Shown: positions 1-13,565, counted from the stretch's first letter. The stretch is 64,000 nt of DNA from Camelus ferus (GCF_009834535.1 NC_045697.1:74836001-74900000); one strand, 5' to 3'. Notes: generated by a model not told the origin, from the sequence alone. Program-made: numbers and translations.

Positions 1-604
1 AGATCAACTCATTTCTCATCTGTGTTTGTGTCTTAAGACCTTCCCTCTTGTTTGGCAAATCTGTGTGTGATGATCTGTCTGTGGTTCCAGGTCACCTGAG
101 CATTTAGGTTGCTGTTCTGTTTACAGCTCCCAAAGTGTCTTTTTTTCCCAGAGGCTACATCATCCTGGCCTTTTGACACATTGGAAGGACAGAGATATTG
201 CAAAACAGCTCTTTGAGCATCTCTATTTTGGGGAATAAATTGCTAAGTTAACATGGAAGGCCAAGGATTCCCTTCACAATTTCTCCCTGTATTAGCACAA
301 GCCAAAATAATGCTTACCAGGGTCAGTTTTGGCTAGTCTTAATAACAATTTCAATCCAATAAACTTAATATGTAAAAAGTAAAGTTTTTAAGGTATTTCA
401 GAAGAAACTAAGTTAGTCACTATATTAAACAAAGAGTGAAAATTTTAATTTACTGATAAATAATTAAAGATTCCTCAGGGAATATTGTTTATCTTGGCAA
501 TATGTACTTCAGAGACGCTTATGGTAAATGATTCTAAAAGAAGACATTTTAAAGCATATGAATAACTTATGTTTATAAAAGCCATATCTTTTGTAAAGTT
601 TACC

Positions 605-765
605 AAGACTTTACCATGCAGTATTCCATCTAAGCTCATAATCTTTTGAGAAAGCTATGATTACATCCATATTAAAAATAAAGAGTATGTTTCAGAAAGA
701 CCAAAAAACTCGTCTCAAGACAAACAGCTAGGAAGAAACAGGATAAGACTTAAATCTTCTCAATC
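605..765 (-). mobile_element. MIR SINE relic
   Basis: Degenerate match to the reverse-strand MIR core (…tctcaagacaaacagctaggaagaaacaggataagacttaaatc). Confidence 0.55.
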
Positions 766-1570
766 AAGCACTCAAGACATTAAAACTATTTAAAAGTATA
801 TTTTCCAGCATGTTACCTCTTAATTGTTTGGTCCCTCAGTAACCAGCTAATGCTTTTTGGGTTCACTTCAGAAGGAAAAAAAATTTTTATCTAATTATAT
901 AGGGCTTGGAAATATATTTTTTATGAAAATTATATTTATGGACTCATAGAGATCAAAAGATAAATTTGAAAGTAATGTATCTTTGCTATTGAATTGGATT
1001 GCTTGTAAACCATTCTAGAAGATAAGAATTGATTTAAGCTCTTAAAAAAAAAAAGATTATGCATCTTATTTGTGTCAGCTGTTCCATTGGTTAACAACTC
1101 TACTCAGCTAAAATTTTTGTTAAGGTTTGAAACTATTCACCTGTGGAGAAGGTTTTTCCATTATTAAACTAGAATCTGTTAAGAAGAAAAACCTTCATTG
1201 AATCTTCTTCATACTGATCTTCAGGTTACTTGATCTTTATTTTGTTTCTAATACTTGATATATATTTAGATTTGGTCCTTAAATAAGTGAAATGTCATGT
1301 TTCTCCTTAATTCTAAAACTTTGGGTTTACTCAGTATTAAAGTAGAAGTTCAGAAACTACTGAATGCAATAAGAGCATCGTTTTACTGATCAAGTTGGAT
1401 ACATATTTAAGGATTACAATTAAAAACATTGTCTTATTAGTCAGGCCATTGCCTGCAGCTATCATCTACATTGTACCATCTTTTTGCTACTGACACTTTC
1501 TCAAGTTTTTGCCAAATAACAGGCAATTTTGTTCCTAGTTACCCTTCTCTGCACTTGTCCTTAACCACAG

Positions 1571-1757
1571 AAGTGGTTCTCAAATTTTAGCAAGTTTCAG
1601 AATCATCTAGAGGGCTTGATAAAATACAGATTGCTTGGCCCCACCGCTAGAGTTTCTAATTCTGTAGGTCTGAAAGAGGCCCAGAAATGCATTTGGAGCT
1701 GGTTCCCTGGTGATGCTATTGCTATAGATTCAGGGCCTACATTTTGTGACCACATAC
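1571..1757. mobile_element. MER5A-like hAT-Charlie non-autonomous DNA transposon
   Basis: agtggttctcaaa terminus followed by cagaatcatctagagggcttgataaaatacagattgcttggccccacc…ggtgatgct, matching recalled MER5A. Confidence 0.85.
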
Positions 1758-4646
1758 TCTGTATGTTTCTAGTGATTTCCGTTTCTTCAGTTTGCCTTTT
1801 GGTACACTGGAAAGATAGAACTTATGTAAAACAATTCTTTTCTCTCAGTTTCTGTTATCCAAGGTAACAGAGTTCTTATTCCTCCTTTTGCCCTTAAGCA
1901 ACATCATGACCCTGTAGAGCTATAACAGCTATTCACAGAGGAAAGAGGTTCTCCCTGGGTCATTTATAATATAAACTTCCCCCTGCCAGGGCTTGTGCCC
2001 TGCCTTCTGGGACCCAGAAAGACATGGAAAACAGCCCTTCCTTCTTTAAAGAACAGTTTCTAAACAAAATCTGGTGAGAGAGATAGCCAGAAATGTATAG
2101 GATCTCAGGTGTCCTGCATGACTTTTACCTTTGTACATTCAGAGGTGTGTGGTAAGTCATTTCTTGTTCCACTGTCAAACAAGGTGTTATGCAGGCAGAA
2201 AGCTGTAGGAATTATTGGAGTGATTCCTCCCAGTGTGCACACTCATATTAGCCTTAGGATGATTTCAAGTCTTAGGCTACCTATTAAAGTAATGGAAGAA
2301 ATGCATAAGGCAAACCAGGCTTGGACCGATACTGTGGAGTTGGAGTTAGTACTATATGAAAACTTGTCTGCCTTTTCTTTAGTTATAGCAAGTCTTACTG
2401 ACTTTTGTATTGAAAAGACTCTTGGCTTCTGATTTTAACATGCTTCCTCTGGAATTGCACTAAAGTAGAATTTCTATGAAGGGTATTTTATTTGATTCTA
2501 CTAACTGAGCATCAGTTATGTGCTGGGTAATAAAGTCAGTGTTTAACAGAAATAACTCTTGCCTTTGGGAACTTACACAAAATGTAGGCATGGCAGGGCA
2601 ACGTTAGATGTTTTTCTACATAATTAGAGCTACCTAGGAAAAGTGTATTTCATCATACACTCTATAGAAGATTCTTTGGCTGAGAACCTTTTATAAGGGA
2701 TTAACCTTCAGATGAATTCTCCTTCCTCCCACCAGATGTGTATTTCTCTTACAGACATTCCCTAATAATTCAGTACTTTATACAGTAAAATAACTTCATT
2801 GAGGTAGAGAATCCTTTCTCTATCCCAAGGATTGATTTTTGTATTAAACACCTAGTCATAAATAGAATGTCAATATCTGTGTGTTTCTGTGGATGATTAG
2901 AGTACTGTGAGAGAGGTAAATGGGGAACATGATTTAGGACAAGTAGCAGTCTTATTAAAAATAAATAAATAAAAATATAGACAAAATAATTTCTTATTCC
3001 AACCCTTGCATTTGCTAAACTGTCAGCTGTATTTGCTATATACCCATCTTGAGCTCATTAACCTTTAAATACCTTTATTAACACCGCTTTGGCTAAAACT
3101 CCTTGGAATGTGTATATGCTGTAAACAGTTCTGGTATTCTTTGCAAACACATGCTGTAAAGGACCCCTTGGGTTCTGGTGCATTGATTTTCCTTACCAAA
3201 CATTTATTCTTTTTCAAACTATGAACATGACCATTTTCCTTATACCACTTTCCAGTGTATGACAATAAAAGATACATACCCAAGGGGAAAATAAACTAAA
3301 GAGTCTTCCCTCTATTCAGCATCATTACACTATAATAGGTAAACTATGAGCCTCTTTTGCACACTATCAAGATAGTCTTTTTATCTCTCTGGAAGGGAAC
3401 CATTTTGGCCTTATTTATTTCCCTAATTAACGTTGCATCTGCAAGGCACATGTCTACTTTTTTACCACCGTTGCAACCACTTTAGTCTTCAGTGTATTTA
3501 AAACCAACTCTACCACCTGTGGCCACATTGAGGCGATTTCTTCCATCTCAAGCTCACAATGTATACTTGCGGGCAAGCAGCCTGAAAGGAGAAGTGCGGG
3601 GGATGCTAACATGGTCCGTATTTGTTAACAGCAACCTCCTTCTGGTGAATGAAGAGGGCTTAATCCCATGGAAGTATGGTTTCAATTTTTCATTGAAATT
3701 ACAATCAAACGAGTTGCCAGCACACATTTTTCTTTGTCAGATGTTTCCCTTATGGTAGATTTGGAGCACTCTTGGGCCGGCTTATAAACCTTGTCCTCTG
3801 CCAATGTTGCTACAGATTCTTTTCTTTGTTTTCAAATTAGTTTCATCTTTTTCTCCAAGAGGTGGATACATTTGATATACAGTAGTACCTGACAGGAAAA
3901 TGTCTCTTCAACACTGACTTTGTGCAGGACTCTGATGGAAGGGATGACACATTACTGGCTCTTCTGCTCTCTGTAGGGAACTCGGTATGATAAAAATCAC
4001 AAGAGCCAAGGGCCTGCAATTTCCTGATTTTTCTAGCACTTATTAAAAGCGTATTTATCAAGGTTGACTTTTGGCTGCTGGTTGAACTGGCTCTCCTGGA
4101 AGGAATGGCTTTTAGAGCTCTGCTTTGGGAACAGGGGATCCTATGAACACTGCAGGACAAAGTAGTCTTGGGAATGATTGTACTGTTTTCAGACTCATGA
4201 AACCACAAGCTTCTCAGGAGAGCTGAACCCAAGTTGGAAATCATTCACCTCCTTTTCTTTGAGCAAGCAGTGTCAGAGAGAACAAGCAAAGGATAATAAA
4301 AAGACCAGTTGTTTTCATCTCTGGTCCCAGAACTATGTCCATATTGGGTGAGAATCTACATCAGAGAAACTAATGACACTGGGAATTGACCATGTTTTTG
4401 TTTTCAGCCCATCTCCAAGCAAAGGTGTGATGGAAATGATTTGTCCTAAAGCTTTGGTCATGTGAATCTTATGGCAACTGCCAAACATTACCATCTGGAC
4501 CAAATCATTTCTTTCTATATCTTTGCAGGTGTTACTTTCTAAGGTGACTGCCTTTGCTTTAACTGAAGGGGAGATGGATCCTAAAAACAGAAATAGTGTA
4601 ACTACTATTAATTCTATGACTTACTGGAGTAGGATTGTTCTAGTGA

Positions 4647-4693
4647 GTGTGTGTGTGTGTGTGTGTTAAATATATATATATATATATATATAT
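4647..4693. repeat. Compound (GT)n-(TA)n microsatellite
   Basis: Seen directly. Confidence 0.95.
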
Positions 4694-4874
4694 TAAAAAG
4701 ACCCATAAGAAGAGAAAGGAAAGAGGTATAAGTTAACATAATTTTGTGAAGGGAGAACTAGGAAGGGAGTAACAAGGCCTGGGCTCAGTCTGGGCTTTGC
4801 TCCTGAAATCATGTGTGACTAAGATGAAAAAGACATAACCCATTCCTTCTAAGAAGTCCACCATTTTATAGGAG

Positions 4875-5230
4875 AGATTCATTCTTTCTTTCACGTAAGT
4901 GTTCAACAAATATTCATTTCACACCCTGTGCTAGATATTAGGAATACAGAGATGAAAAAGCATAGTTTTTACCTGTCTTCAAGGATCTTTTTTATTTACT
5001 CTAGAGATAGATAAGTAAATAGTTAAGATCTGTGATAAATACTTGGTGAGTGGAAAACCCTGGGAAGTACGGTGGGGTTGGTGTCAGGGGAGATTTCTCA
5101 GAGGAAATGACATTTGGTTTGAGTTCTCTACATAAATAATGAAAGGGGTGAATGAATGTGTGAAATGTGTGGATTGAGGTTTGGGAGTGAGGGGCAGATG
5201 CCAGATGACATTCAGGAAGATGTGATTTTA
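4875..5230 (-). mobile_element. L2 LINE 3' relic
   Basis: ttcattc…ttcaacaaatatt…gtgctagatattaggaatacagagatg…cagaggaaatgacattt, typical of the reverse L2 3' end. Confidence 0.65.
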
Positions 5231-5400
5231 AAGGACCTGAGGCACATTTCTGGGCAGGATATTCTTTAAGTATAAATGGATACTTATCCATTTATTAGTA
5301 TTAGTTGATTGTTCATTTTCTCTTATATATTTGTGAAGAAGAGTTTTCAGGGGCTTCTTCAAAGGTTACCCCTCTTAGTCTTGTGCTGAGTCTCTAAAGT

Positions 5401-5760
5401 ACTAAACTACTACCATTTACTATCACCACTAAAAACAATCACAAATCACAGCGATCACCACCGCTGTTTACTGTAAATACAACAAATATCTCTGTTACTA
5501 TCACCATCCAAAACAACCACTAAAACTATTACCATCACTATTACCACTGCTGCCATCATCACTGCAGTCACTACCACTACCCTATTACTATTGCCATCAG
5601 CAACAACCACTAACACTGTCACCATGACTACCATCACCACCATCACTGCTGTAGCCTCAAACACCAGCATCATTACCACTACTACCGCCATGAGCACGGG
5701 TTCCATGGCTAGCGCTACCAGCATCACCACCATTACCACTACATTGTTAGCACCAACACT
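5401..5760. repeat. Degenerate (ACC/ACT/ATC)n trinucleotide low-complexity tract
   Basis: About 360 bp of caccat/actacc variants; it explains the Thr-rich and Val-rich ORFs in the track. Confidence 0.9.
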
Positions 5761-8257
5761 CCCGTTCTCATTCCTGAAATAATTTTTCTAGATCTTCTGA
5801 GGCATTGTAATGGCACACTGATGCATTATGGGTGATATTGGTAGCCATTGTTAATGTCAACTCAACTAGTGGGGCAGTTAATAAAAGCTTTTTTCACAAT
5901 AGATAAAAGAGAAGTCTCCAGGCTCACACAAGAAAACTGAACTTTAAATAAATCCTTCCCTAAAGGAACAAACAGCAATAACACACACTGCTACCCTTTA
6001 TTTAAGGTATATTACCACATGGATCCTCAATGTGTAGAGAACTATTTGAAATTTATTCCCTGGAGGAGATGAGAAAATAGGATGGCATGTTATTCACCTA
6101 CGATGATGATCTCATATGACTCCAGTACTTACCCTAAAAGCCTGTTCTTTCTGAAGACTTTGCAGTTGAGGCTGAGAACACAAACATGTCATCTTATGAG
6201 ATGAGCTCTGTGGTTAAAAGTGCCTCATTGTTTCTATCAGTTCTTAAATATTAAAAGGTTACAGAAGCAGCTCAAGTCAGATAAAAGTGTGCCCAGGACA
6301 GAGTTGATGATGGAGGCAAGATAAAAATTGAAAGGGGATCGTGGTTTTCAAACATGTTTATGTGGCTGAATTCCAGGAAGTTGTCTTTTAAATTGAATTT
6401 GGAGGAAGTTTTCTCCAAGAAAAAGATGGGGAAAATAATTATACAATTTCTATGGAGTATAAAAATCATAATCACAGTCATCTTTGGAGGGAGAGCTGTT
6501 GAATTAGCACAGTAATTATTTCCAACATTTTCTTTAAGATCTACCTTCATTTCTTCAGTTGTTTTGTCATCTGTTAGTACTCTTTATATCACTTAATGAA
6601 GATCCTTAAGACCACGACATCAAACTACTGAATGAATGCTATCTCTTGAGGACACCAGGAATTCTCTGCCTTAGTATCTGCCTTGGAGTTTGTCAACAAC
6701 TAAAAATAATAGTAAGCAGCTAGTGACATCACAGAGGGCTCGTACTACAATAGATACATGCACCTGGCCCAATGAAAGCACCTGAGATAGACATCCAGAT
6801 CAAGTTTGATAGCGTGAAGGGTATGGGCGAAAAGGAGTTTGAGTTAAATATCATCTATTGCGCTTCTTAAAGGATGGGAAGGATTTTGCTAGAACAAGAA
6901 AGGTGGAGGGTAAGGAAGGAGGAAGGGTATTTTAGGCAAAAGGACAAAGGAGTATAAAAAAGTATAGTTCCAGGAATTTCTAAAGAGATCAATATGGTGG
7001 GGATACCACAGTAGATAAATCAAGAGCGTGAAATTTAAAAAGTCACTGTCTGGAATCTTGATAGTAGGGTTCTAACAGCATTATCTTTAAAAGAATTATT
7101 CCATAGGGTTAAGGGGGGAAAAAAAAGCTAGCCATTAATCCTAATCTGATTCAGAGGGTACAGAATGCAAGCCCTGAAGGAATAATTTTTTCTGTGTGTA
7201 AAATTTGACCATAAGGAATTCTTAAATCATATTGAACTTTTGAAAGAATGGGATTTTTTTCTTTTTTCTTTTGTTCTTTCTGATTAAAGCCATACTTTAA
7301 AAATTTTTTCTTAAGAACAGGAAATTTGGAAAGTGATTAATTCATACTATGGTCCAATTATTTTAAGATATGTGGAAGGAAAATGTAAACAAAAGAGAAG
7401 ATACACCATTTTTGTCATGGGATGTGGTGGGGGGATGGGAAGAGGCCAGTTAGTTCATTCGGCTGTGTCCAGCTGTGGACTGCCCTACGGGATGCATCTT
7501 GGAAAATTTACCCTGAGACCCACGGAAACTAATCTTACTTGTGATGGAAGCTTCAGGAGAGAATTTAGAAACAATCATCATACCTAGAGGTAGATATGAG
7601 GAAACTTCTATGAAGAAAATTTCACTCAACTAAATCTTAAAGCAAATATTTGTCAAGTAGAAAAGGCAGAGAACTTAATCACAGAGGCTCCAAGAATGGC
7701 TGTGGAGTGAGAACCTCAAAAATGGGAAGTTGTGGCTGGCTTTCACAATTTTGCCCCCCAGGATTCACCTTTAAATTGGGCAATTGTTCAACACTGGCTG
7801 GAGGAGAACTCTTTTCTCTTTTCAACCCTCAGACCCAAGTGTGGACACACCAACTGACTCTTAATTCCCTATATCCCCCTAGAAACCAGACAGTAGCAGT
7901 TAGGCTTTCAAAAAGATGTGTTGATGGTGGCTTTTCAAATAAGGGCATAACTAACAATAAAAAATGAAAGAGTCTGTCTTATCAGACACCTTGCTCCTTG
8001 GAGACCACTCCACCTGTCCTATTATATATTCCAGGGAGAAAGCATGTGCAGAGTCTCAGTCTTTTGAGTCTAAGCTTCAATTAAGTCTTCCTTAATCTTT
8101 CTTAATCTCTTGTCCAGCTGTCGTGGAGGACTAAAGAAAGTGTGCTGTGTTCAAGTTTTCAGGAGAGCAGTATTCTCTGAGCCTAAGAAGCAGGAAGGTT
8201 CATTATTCCCAATATGTAATTACAACGTAATGCTCCTTTTGCTGAGTGTGATGGTGC

Positions 8258-8307
8258 TAGGGTGGGTGACCAACTTGTTCCAGTTTGCCTGGGACTGTCT
8301 CAGTTTT
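8258..8307. mobile_element. MER94-like hAT-Blackjack element, left part (interrupted by L1)
   Basis: gggtgaccaacttgttccagtttgcctgggactgtctcagtttt matches the recalled MER94 terminus. Confidence 0.75.
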
Positions 8308-9813
8308 TGTTTATTTTTTAAATTGTGGTAGGAAACACATAACATAAAATTTACCTCTTAACCATTTTTAAGTGCAAAAATCAGTAGTATTAAGTATATT
8401 CACATTGCTGTAAAGCAGATCTCCAGAACTTTTTCATCTTGCAGATCTGAAATTCTATATCCATTAAACAAATCCCCTTCTCCCCTTTTCCTAAACCCCT
8501 TGTAACCACCATTCTACTTTCTATGAATCTGACTACTTTGGATGCCTCATATAAGTGAAATCATGCAGTATTTGTCATTTTGTAATTGGTTTATTTCACT
8601 TAGCATAATATCCTCAGTATTCACCCATGTTGTAGCATAAGACAGGATTTCTTTCCTTTTTAAGGCTGAATAATATTCCATTGTATGTATATACTAAATT
8701 TTGTTTAATCCATTTATCCCTCAGTGGACATTTGGGTTGCTCTACCTCTTTGCTATTGTGAACAGTGCTATGAATATGGATATGCAAATGTGTCTTCATG
8801 ACTGCTTTCAATTCTTTTGGATCTATACCCAGAAGTGTGATTGCTGTACCATATGGTAATTCTATTTTTAATTTTTGAGGGGCCTTCATACTGCCTTCCA
8901 TAACTGTTGCACTAGTTTACAATCCCACCAACAGTGTACAAGTGTTCCAATTTCTCTTCATCCTCACCTTGTGATTTTTTTTTCTTTTTTGATAGTAGTC
9001 ACCCTGATCTGTACCCGGTGATACTTTGTTGTAGTTTTCATTTCTCTGCTGTTTTGTGATGTTAAACATCTTTTCATATGCCTATTAACATTCATATATA
9101 ATCTTTGAAGAAATGTCGAATTCTTTGCAGATTTTTCATTGGGTTACTGATTTTTTTGTTGTTGAGTTGTAGGAATTTTTAAAATATTACTGACAATAAC
9201 CCCTTTATCAGATATATACGATTTGTAAATCCTTTGTCCCATTCCATAGATTGTCTTTTCACTGTTAATTGTGTTCTGTAATGAGCAAACGTTTTTAAAT
9301 TTATGTAGTCCCATTTGTCTGTTTTTGCCATTGTTGCCCGTGCATTATATGCCACATCCAAGGAATAATTACCAAGATCAAGATCTTGAAAATCTCCCCC
9401 CCCCTTTTTTAATATTTCTGCAAAAAAAAAAAATGCCTTTGGAATTTTGAGAGATTATGTTGAATCTGTAGAGGACTTTGGGTAGTATGAATATAATAAT
9501 TGTCTTCTATTCCATTAACACAGAATTCTTTCCACTTATCTGTGTTTTCTGTAATATTTTTCAGCAATGTTTTATAGTTTTTTAGTATATAGATGCTTTA
9601 CTTCATTGGTAAGATTTATTTCTGAGTATTTTATTCTTTCTGAAGCTATTATAAATGGAATTGTTTTCAAAATTTCCTTCTTAGTTTATTGTTAACATAT
9701 AGAAATGCAAGTGATTTTTATATATTGATTTGACATCCTGCAACTTTGCTGAATTTGCTTATTAATTCTAATAGGGTTTTGTTTTGAAATCTTTAGAGTT
9801 TTCTACGTAGGAG
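8308..9813 (-). mobile_element. 5'-truncated old L1 (L1MA/L1MB-like): 3'UTR plus decayed ORF2
   Basis: Poly-T at left, L1M 3'UTR, ORF2 C-terminal peptide (8614-8901, [21 protein letters not shown]…PKCP); imperfect TSD ctgtctcagtttt (8295-8307) / cagtctgagtttt (9814-9826). Confidence 0.9.
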
Positions 9814-9890
9814 CAGTCTGAGTTTTAAAACAGTGCTGCATCCTGGAAAACTCCTCAGGACTGGGCAAACTAGCATAATTGGTTACTCTA
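9814..9890. mobile_element. MER94-like element, right part
   Basis: catcctggaaaactcctcaggactgggcaaactagcataattggttactcta continues the MER94 pattern and ends in the inverted terminus. Confidence 0.75.
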
Positions 9891-9941
9891 GGTGTTGCTA
9901 ATATTGGTGGAGGAAAGTGATTATTGGTAGCAAGGCTGTGC

Positions 9942-11025
9942 ATTTTTTTAAATTGAAATTTTTACTGAAAATTTTGTAGATTTATATGTAGTTGATGAAA
10001 TAATGCAGAGCAATCCCATGTATCCTTTACCCAGTGGAAAATCTTGCAAAATTATGTCACAGTCTGAATGTTGATATTGATATAATCCACTGATTGAGAT
10101 TTCACTAGTTTTACTTGTACTTTGTGCGTGTGTGTGTATTTGGTTCTATATAACTTGTGTAAGTTTTGTGTCCCACAGCATAGTCAAGATATAGAACTGT
10201 TCCATCACTACTAGGATACCTTTGGTTTATTGTGCTTAGGTAATAACCACACGCAGCTCCTTCTATCCTTTCCACCTTCACCTCACCCCATTCTGTCCCT
10301 AATCGCTAGAAATCACTAATCTGTTCCTCTTTTCTAAAATTTTATCATTACCAAAATATATTTGTGTATATATGTATATGTGTGTGTGTTTTGAATCATA
10401 CAGCACATAATTTGGGGGGATTTTTTTTCATTCAGCATAAACTGTGAGAATTCATTCACATTGCTGTCAGCATTAATAGTTTTTCCTTTTTATTGCTGAG
10501 TAGTCTTATGTGGTACATGTATTACATGTACGTGTTGTATATATTACCACAATTTGTTTAACCATTCTTCATATAGAATATCAACGTTTTTATCCTACAT
10601 TCTGGGTATTATGAATAAAGCTGCCATAAACATCATCTATTCATTTTCTATGTGAACATAAGTTTTTATTTCCATAGGATAATTGCTTAAGAGTGAAACT
10701 GCTGGGTCATATAGTAATTGAATGTTTCACTTTATAAGAAATTGCCTAACTTTTTTCAGAGTGATTGGAACATTTACATTCCCACTAACAATGTATGAGT
10801 GATCCAGCTTCTCTGCCTCCTTGTCAGCATTTGATGTCACTATTTTTTTTTTACATAAGCCATTCTGACAGGTGTGTAGTGATAATTCATTGTGGTTTTG
10901 ATTTGAATTGCCCTAATGGCTAATGATACTGAACATTTTCATGTACTAACTTATCATTTTCATATTCTCTTTTGTAAAATACCTGTTCATATCTTTGGCT
11001 GATTTTCCATTGGATTGTTCATTCA
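9942..11025 (-). mobile_element. Old L1 (L1MC-like) 3' portion
   Basis: L1MC-type 3'UTR (…cccatgtatcctttacccagt…catagtcaagatatagaactgttccatcac) followed by decayed ORF2 3' end. Confidence 0.8.
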
Positions 11026-11027
11026 AA

Positions 11028-11975
11028 ATTTTTCTTTTACTATTGAATTACAGTCATTACAATGTGTCAGTTTCTGGTGTACAGTGCAATGTCCCAGTCA
11101 TGCATATACATACGTATATTTGTTTTCAGTCTTTTTCATTAAACGTTATTATAAGATATTGAATAGTTCCCTGTGCTATACAGAAGTTTGTTGATTTTAA
11201 TTCATTTTTATGTATAGTGGCTAACATTTGAAAATTCCAAACTCCCAAGTTTATCCCTTCCCACCCCCATTCCCCAGGTAACCATAAGATTGTTCACTAT
11301 GTCTGCAAGTCTGTTTCTGTTTTGTAGATGAGTTCATTAGTGTCCTCTTTTTTTTTAGATTCCATATATGAATGATATCATATGGTATTTTTCTTTCTCT
11401 TTCTGACTTACTTCACTTAGAATGATGATCTCTAGGTCCATCCATGTTGCTGCAAATGTCATGATTTTATTCTTTTTTTATGGCTGAGTAGCATTACATT
11501 GTATAAATATACCACATCTTCTTTATCCAGTCATCTGTTGATGGACGTTTTGGTTGCTTCCATGTCTTGGCTATTGTATATAGTGCTGCTATGAACATTG
11601 AGGTACATGTACCTTTTCGAATTAGAGTTGCCTCTGGATATATGCCCAGGAGTGGGATTTCTGGATCATATGATAAATCTATTTTTAGTTTTTTGAGGAA
11701 TCTCTGCACTGTTTTCCATAATGGCTGTACCAAGCTACATTCCTACCAGCAGTGTATGAGGGTTCCCTTACTCCACACCCCCTCCAGCATTTATCGTTCA
11801 TGGACTTTTGAATGATGGCCATTCTGACTGGTGTGAGGTGATACCTTATTGTAGTTTTGATTTGCATTTCTCTGATAATTAGCGATATTGAGTATTTTCC
11901 CATGGGCCTGTTGGCCATTTGTATGTCTTCATTGAAAAATTGCTTGTTTAGGTCGTCTGCCCATTTTTGGTTGGT
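11028..11975 (-). mobile_element. Young lineage-specific L1, 5'-truncated
   Basis: Well-preserved ORF2 C-terminal peptides (11494-11733 [31 protein letters not shown]; 11685-11918 [23 protein letters not shown]); 3'UTR shared with copies at ~24.8, 43.5 and 50.1 kb. Confidence 0.95.
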
Positions 11976-11999
11976 TTTATTTATTTATTTATTTATTTT

Positions 12000-12500
12000 G
12001 TAAAAAGATAGTCTTTTGTTTCATTGATGATCTCTATTGTTTTACTTATTTCAATTTCCTTGATTTCTGCTTATCTTTAATATTTCCTTCCCCCAACTTG
12101 TTTCAGCTTTATTTTTCTCTTTCTTTTCTAGATTTGTGAGTCAGGAACTTAGATTATTGACTTGCAACCTTTGCTTATTTTTAATGTAAACATTTATTTA
12201 GTGCTAAAAATACCTTTCTTGGTGCTGCTGCTTTAGCTACAGCCCACATATTTTAACATGTTGTATTTTCAATTTCATTGTGTTCCACACATTTAAACTT
12301 TTTTCCTATTTCTCTTTGACCCATAGATTATTTAGATGTGTTGCTTAATTGACACATGTTTAGAGATTTTCCTATTGATCTTCAGTTATTGATTTCTGGC
12401 TTGATTCTATCATTGTTAGAGAACACATTGTGTATTATTTAAATTCTTTTAAAATTTGTTGTGGCTTGTTTTATTGCCCAACGTATTGTCTGTCTTGGTA
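12000..12500 (-). mobile_element. Old L1 ORF2 internal fragment
   Basis: tttcattgatgatctctattgtt…gctttagctacagcccacatatttt…ctttgacccatag, reverse-strand upstream ORF2 sequence. Confidence 0.75.
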
Positions 12501-13149
12501 ACAGAAGGCCTGGACTTGAGTCCTGGCATCATATCTGGAAGTTGGATGCTATGTATTTAGTCACAACGTAGTTGAGGAGACTGATGCTGAGCCGAATACA
12601 TGGAGCAAGAGAGAGTAGATGGTCTAGTGCTGTAGAGGAGTTTCATCTCAACCAATGATTTGAATGAGGATGTTAAAGAGAGAAAACATAATTAGAGTGG
12701 AGTCATGTTGCCTTAATCCAGAACGAGAAAATTGTACTAGAGAAAGTCAGGATAAGAAGAGCAAAGTCAGAATCAGAAAAAAGCTTAGGTCAAAAAGGCA
12801 AAGAGGATGCCTTAGGGGAGTATGTGGGAGTGGGGATGGTGAGAAAGTTGGAGCATGTTTCATAAAAGGGAATCAAAGAGTCAAAGATGATTCGGAGACA
12901 TTTAAGTGTAAGTGACACACTCAAAATCAATTAGCAAGTAGCTGAGAATAAATGGCAGGCTTTCTCATTCTGTAAGCATTGCTTTTTTTTCCCTCACAGA
13001 TTCTCCAAATATGTGGAAAATAAATAAACAAGATATGAAGCATCATGAAAAAGAAAAATACAAGTACTTTACAAAATTTAAAAGTTTAGTCAAATTTAAG
13101 AAGGCCTCTGGTTGCAAACAACTCTGAGTCCTCCTTTGATAATTAAAGT

Positions 13150-13565
13150 AGTGCTATTTATACTATAAGCAATAAACCTGAAATCTCGGTAACTTATAAC
13201 AATTCTTTCTTTTTTGTTCATGTTAAGTCTAGTCAGAGGTGATGGTAGTAGAGGGTGACCTCTGCTCCATGCTGTTACTCAGGAACTCAGGCTGAGCGAG
13301 ACTCTTTTTCAGTCCATGCCTTCCAAGTCTTTATGGGCATCAACTCCTGCTTCTGAACTGGGGAAAAAGAGAGTGTATGATCATGTAGACAGTGTCTATG
13401 AGCCAAACCTGGAGGTTCTGTACATCATTTCATCCACATTTCACTAGTGAGAAATTAATCAGATGATAACATTCAAAATTAAAGGAAACCAGAAAATGCA
13501 TCTTAGTTTCAGAGCTAGGAGAAAAGTGAAATAATTTGGTGAACAGCTACCCAATCTGTGCCACA
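13150..13565 (-). mobile_element. MaLR LTR (MLT1J/K-like)
   Basis: gaaatctcggtaactta…ctctgctccatgctgttactcaggaactcaggctga…ggtgaacagct…gtgccaca terminus. Confidence 0.75.

Noticed and set aside
3510..3525. CTCF-like ctaccacctgtggcca
   Set aside because: One base short in the core spacing, so a poor fit to the consensus.
3843..4244. 133-aa minus-strand ORF
   Set aside because: Ser-rich, with no recognisable domain or convincing splice context; consistent with a chance ORF.
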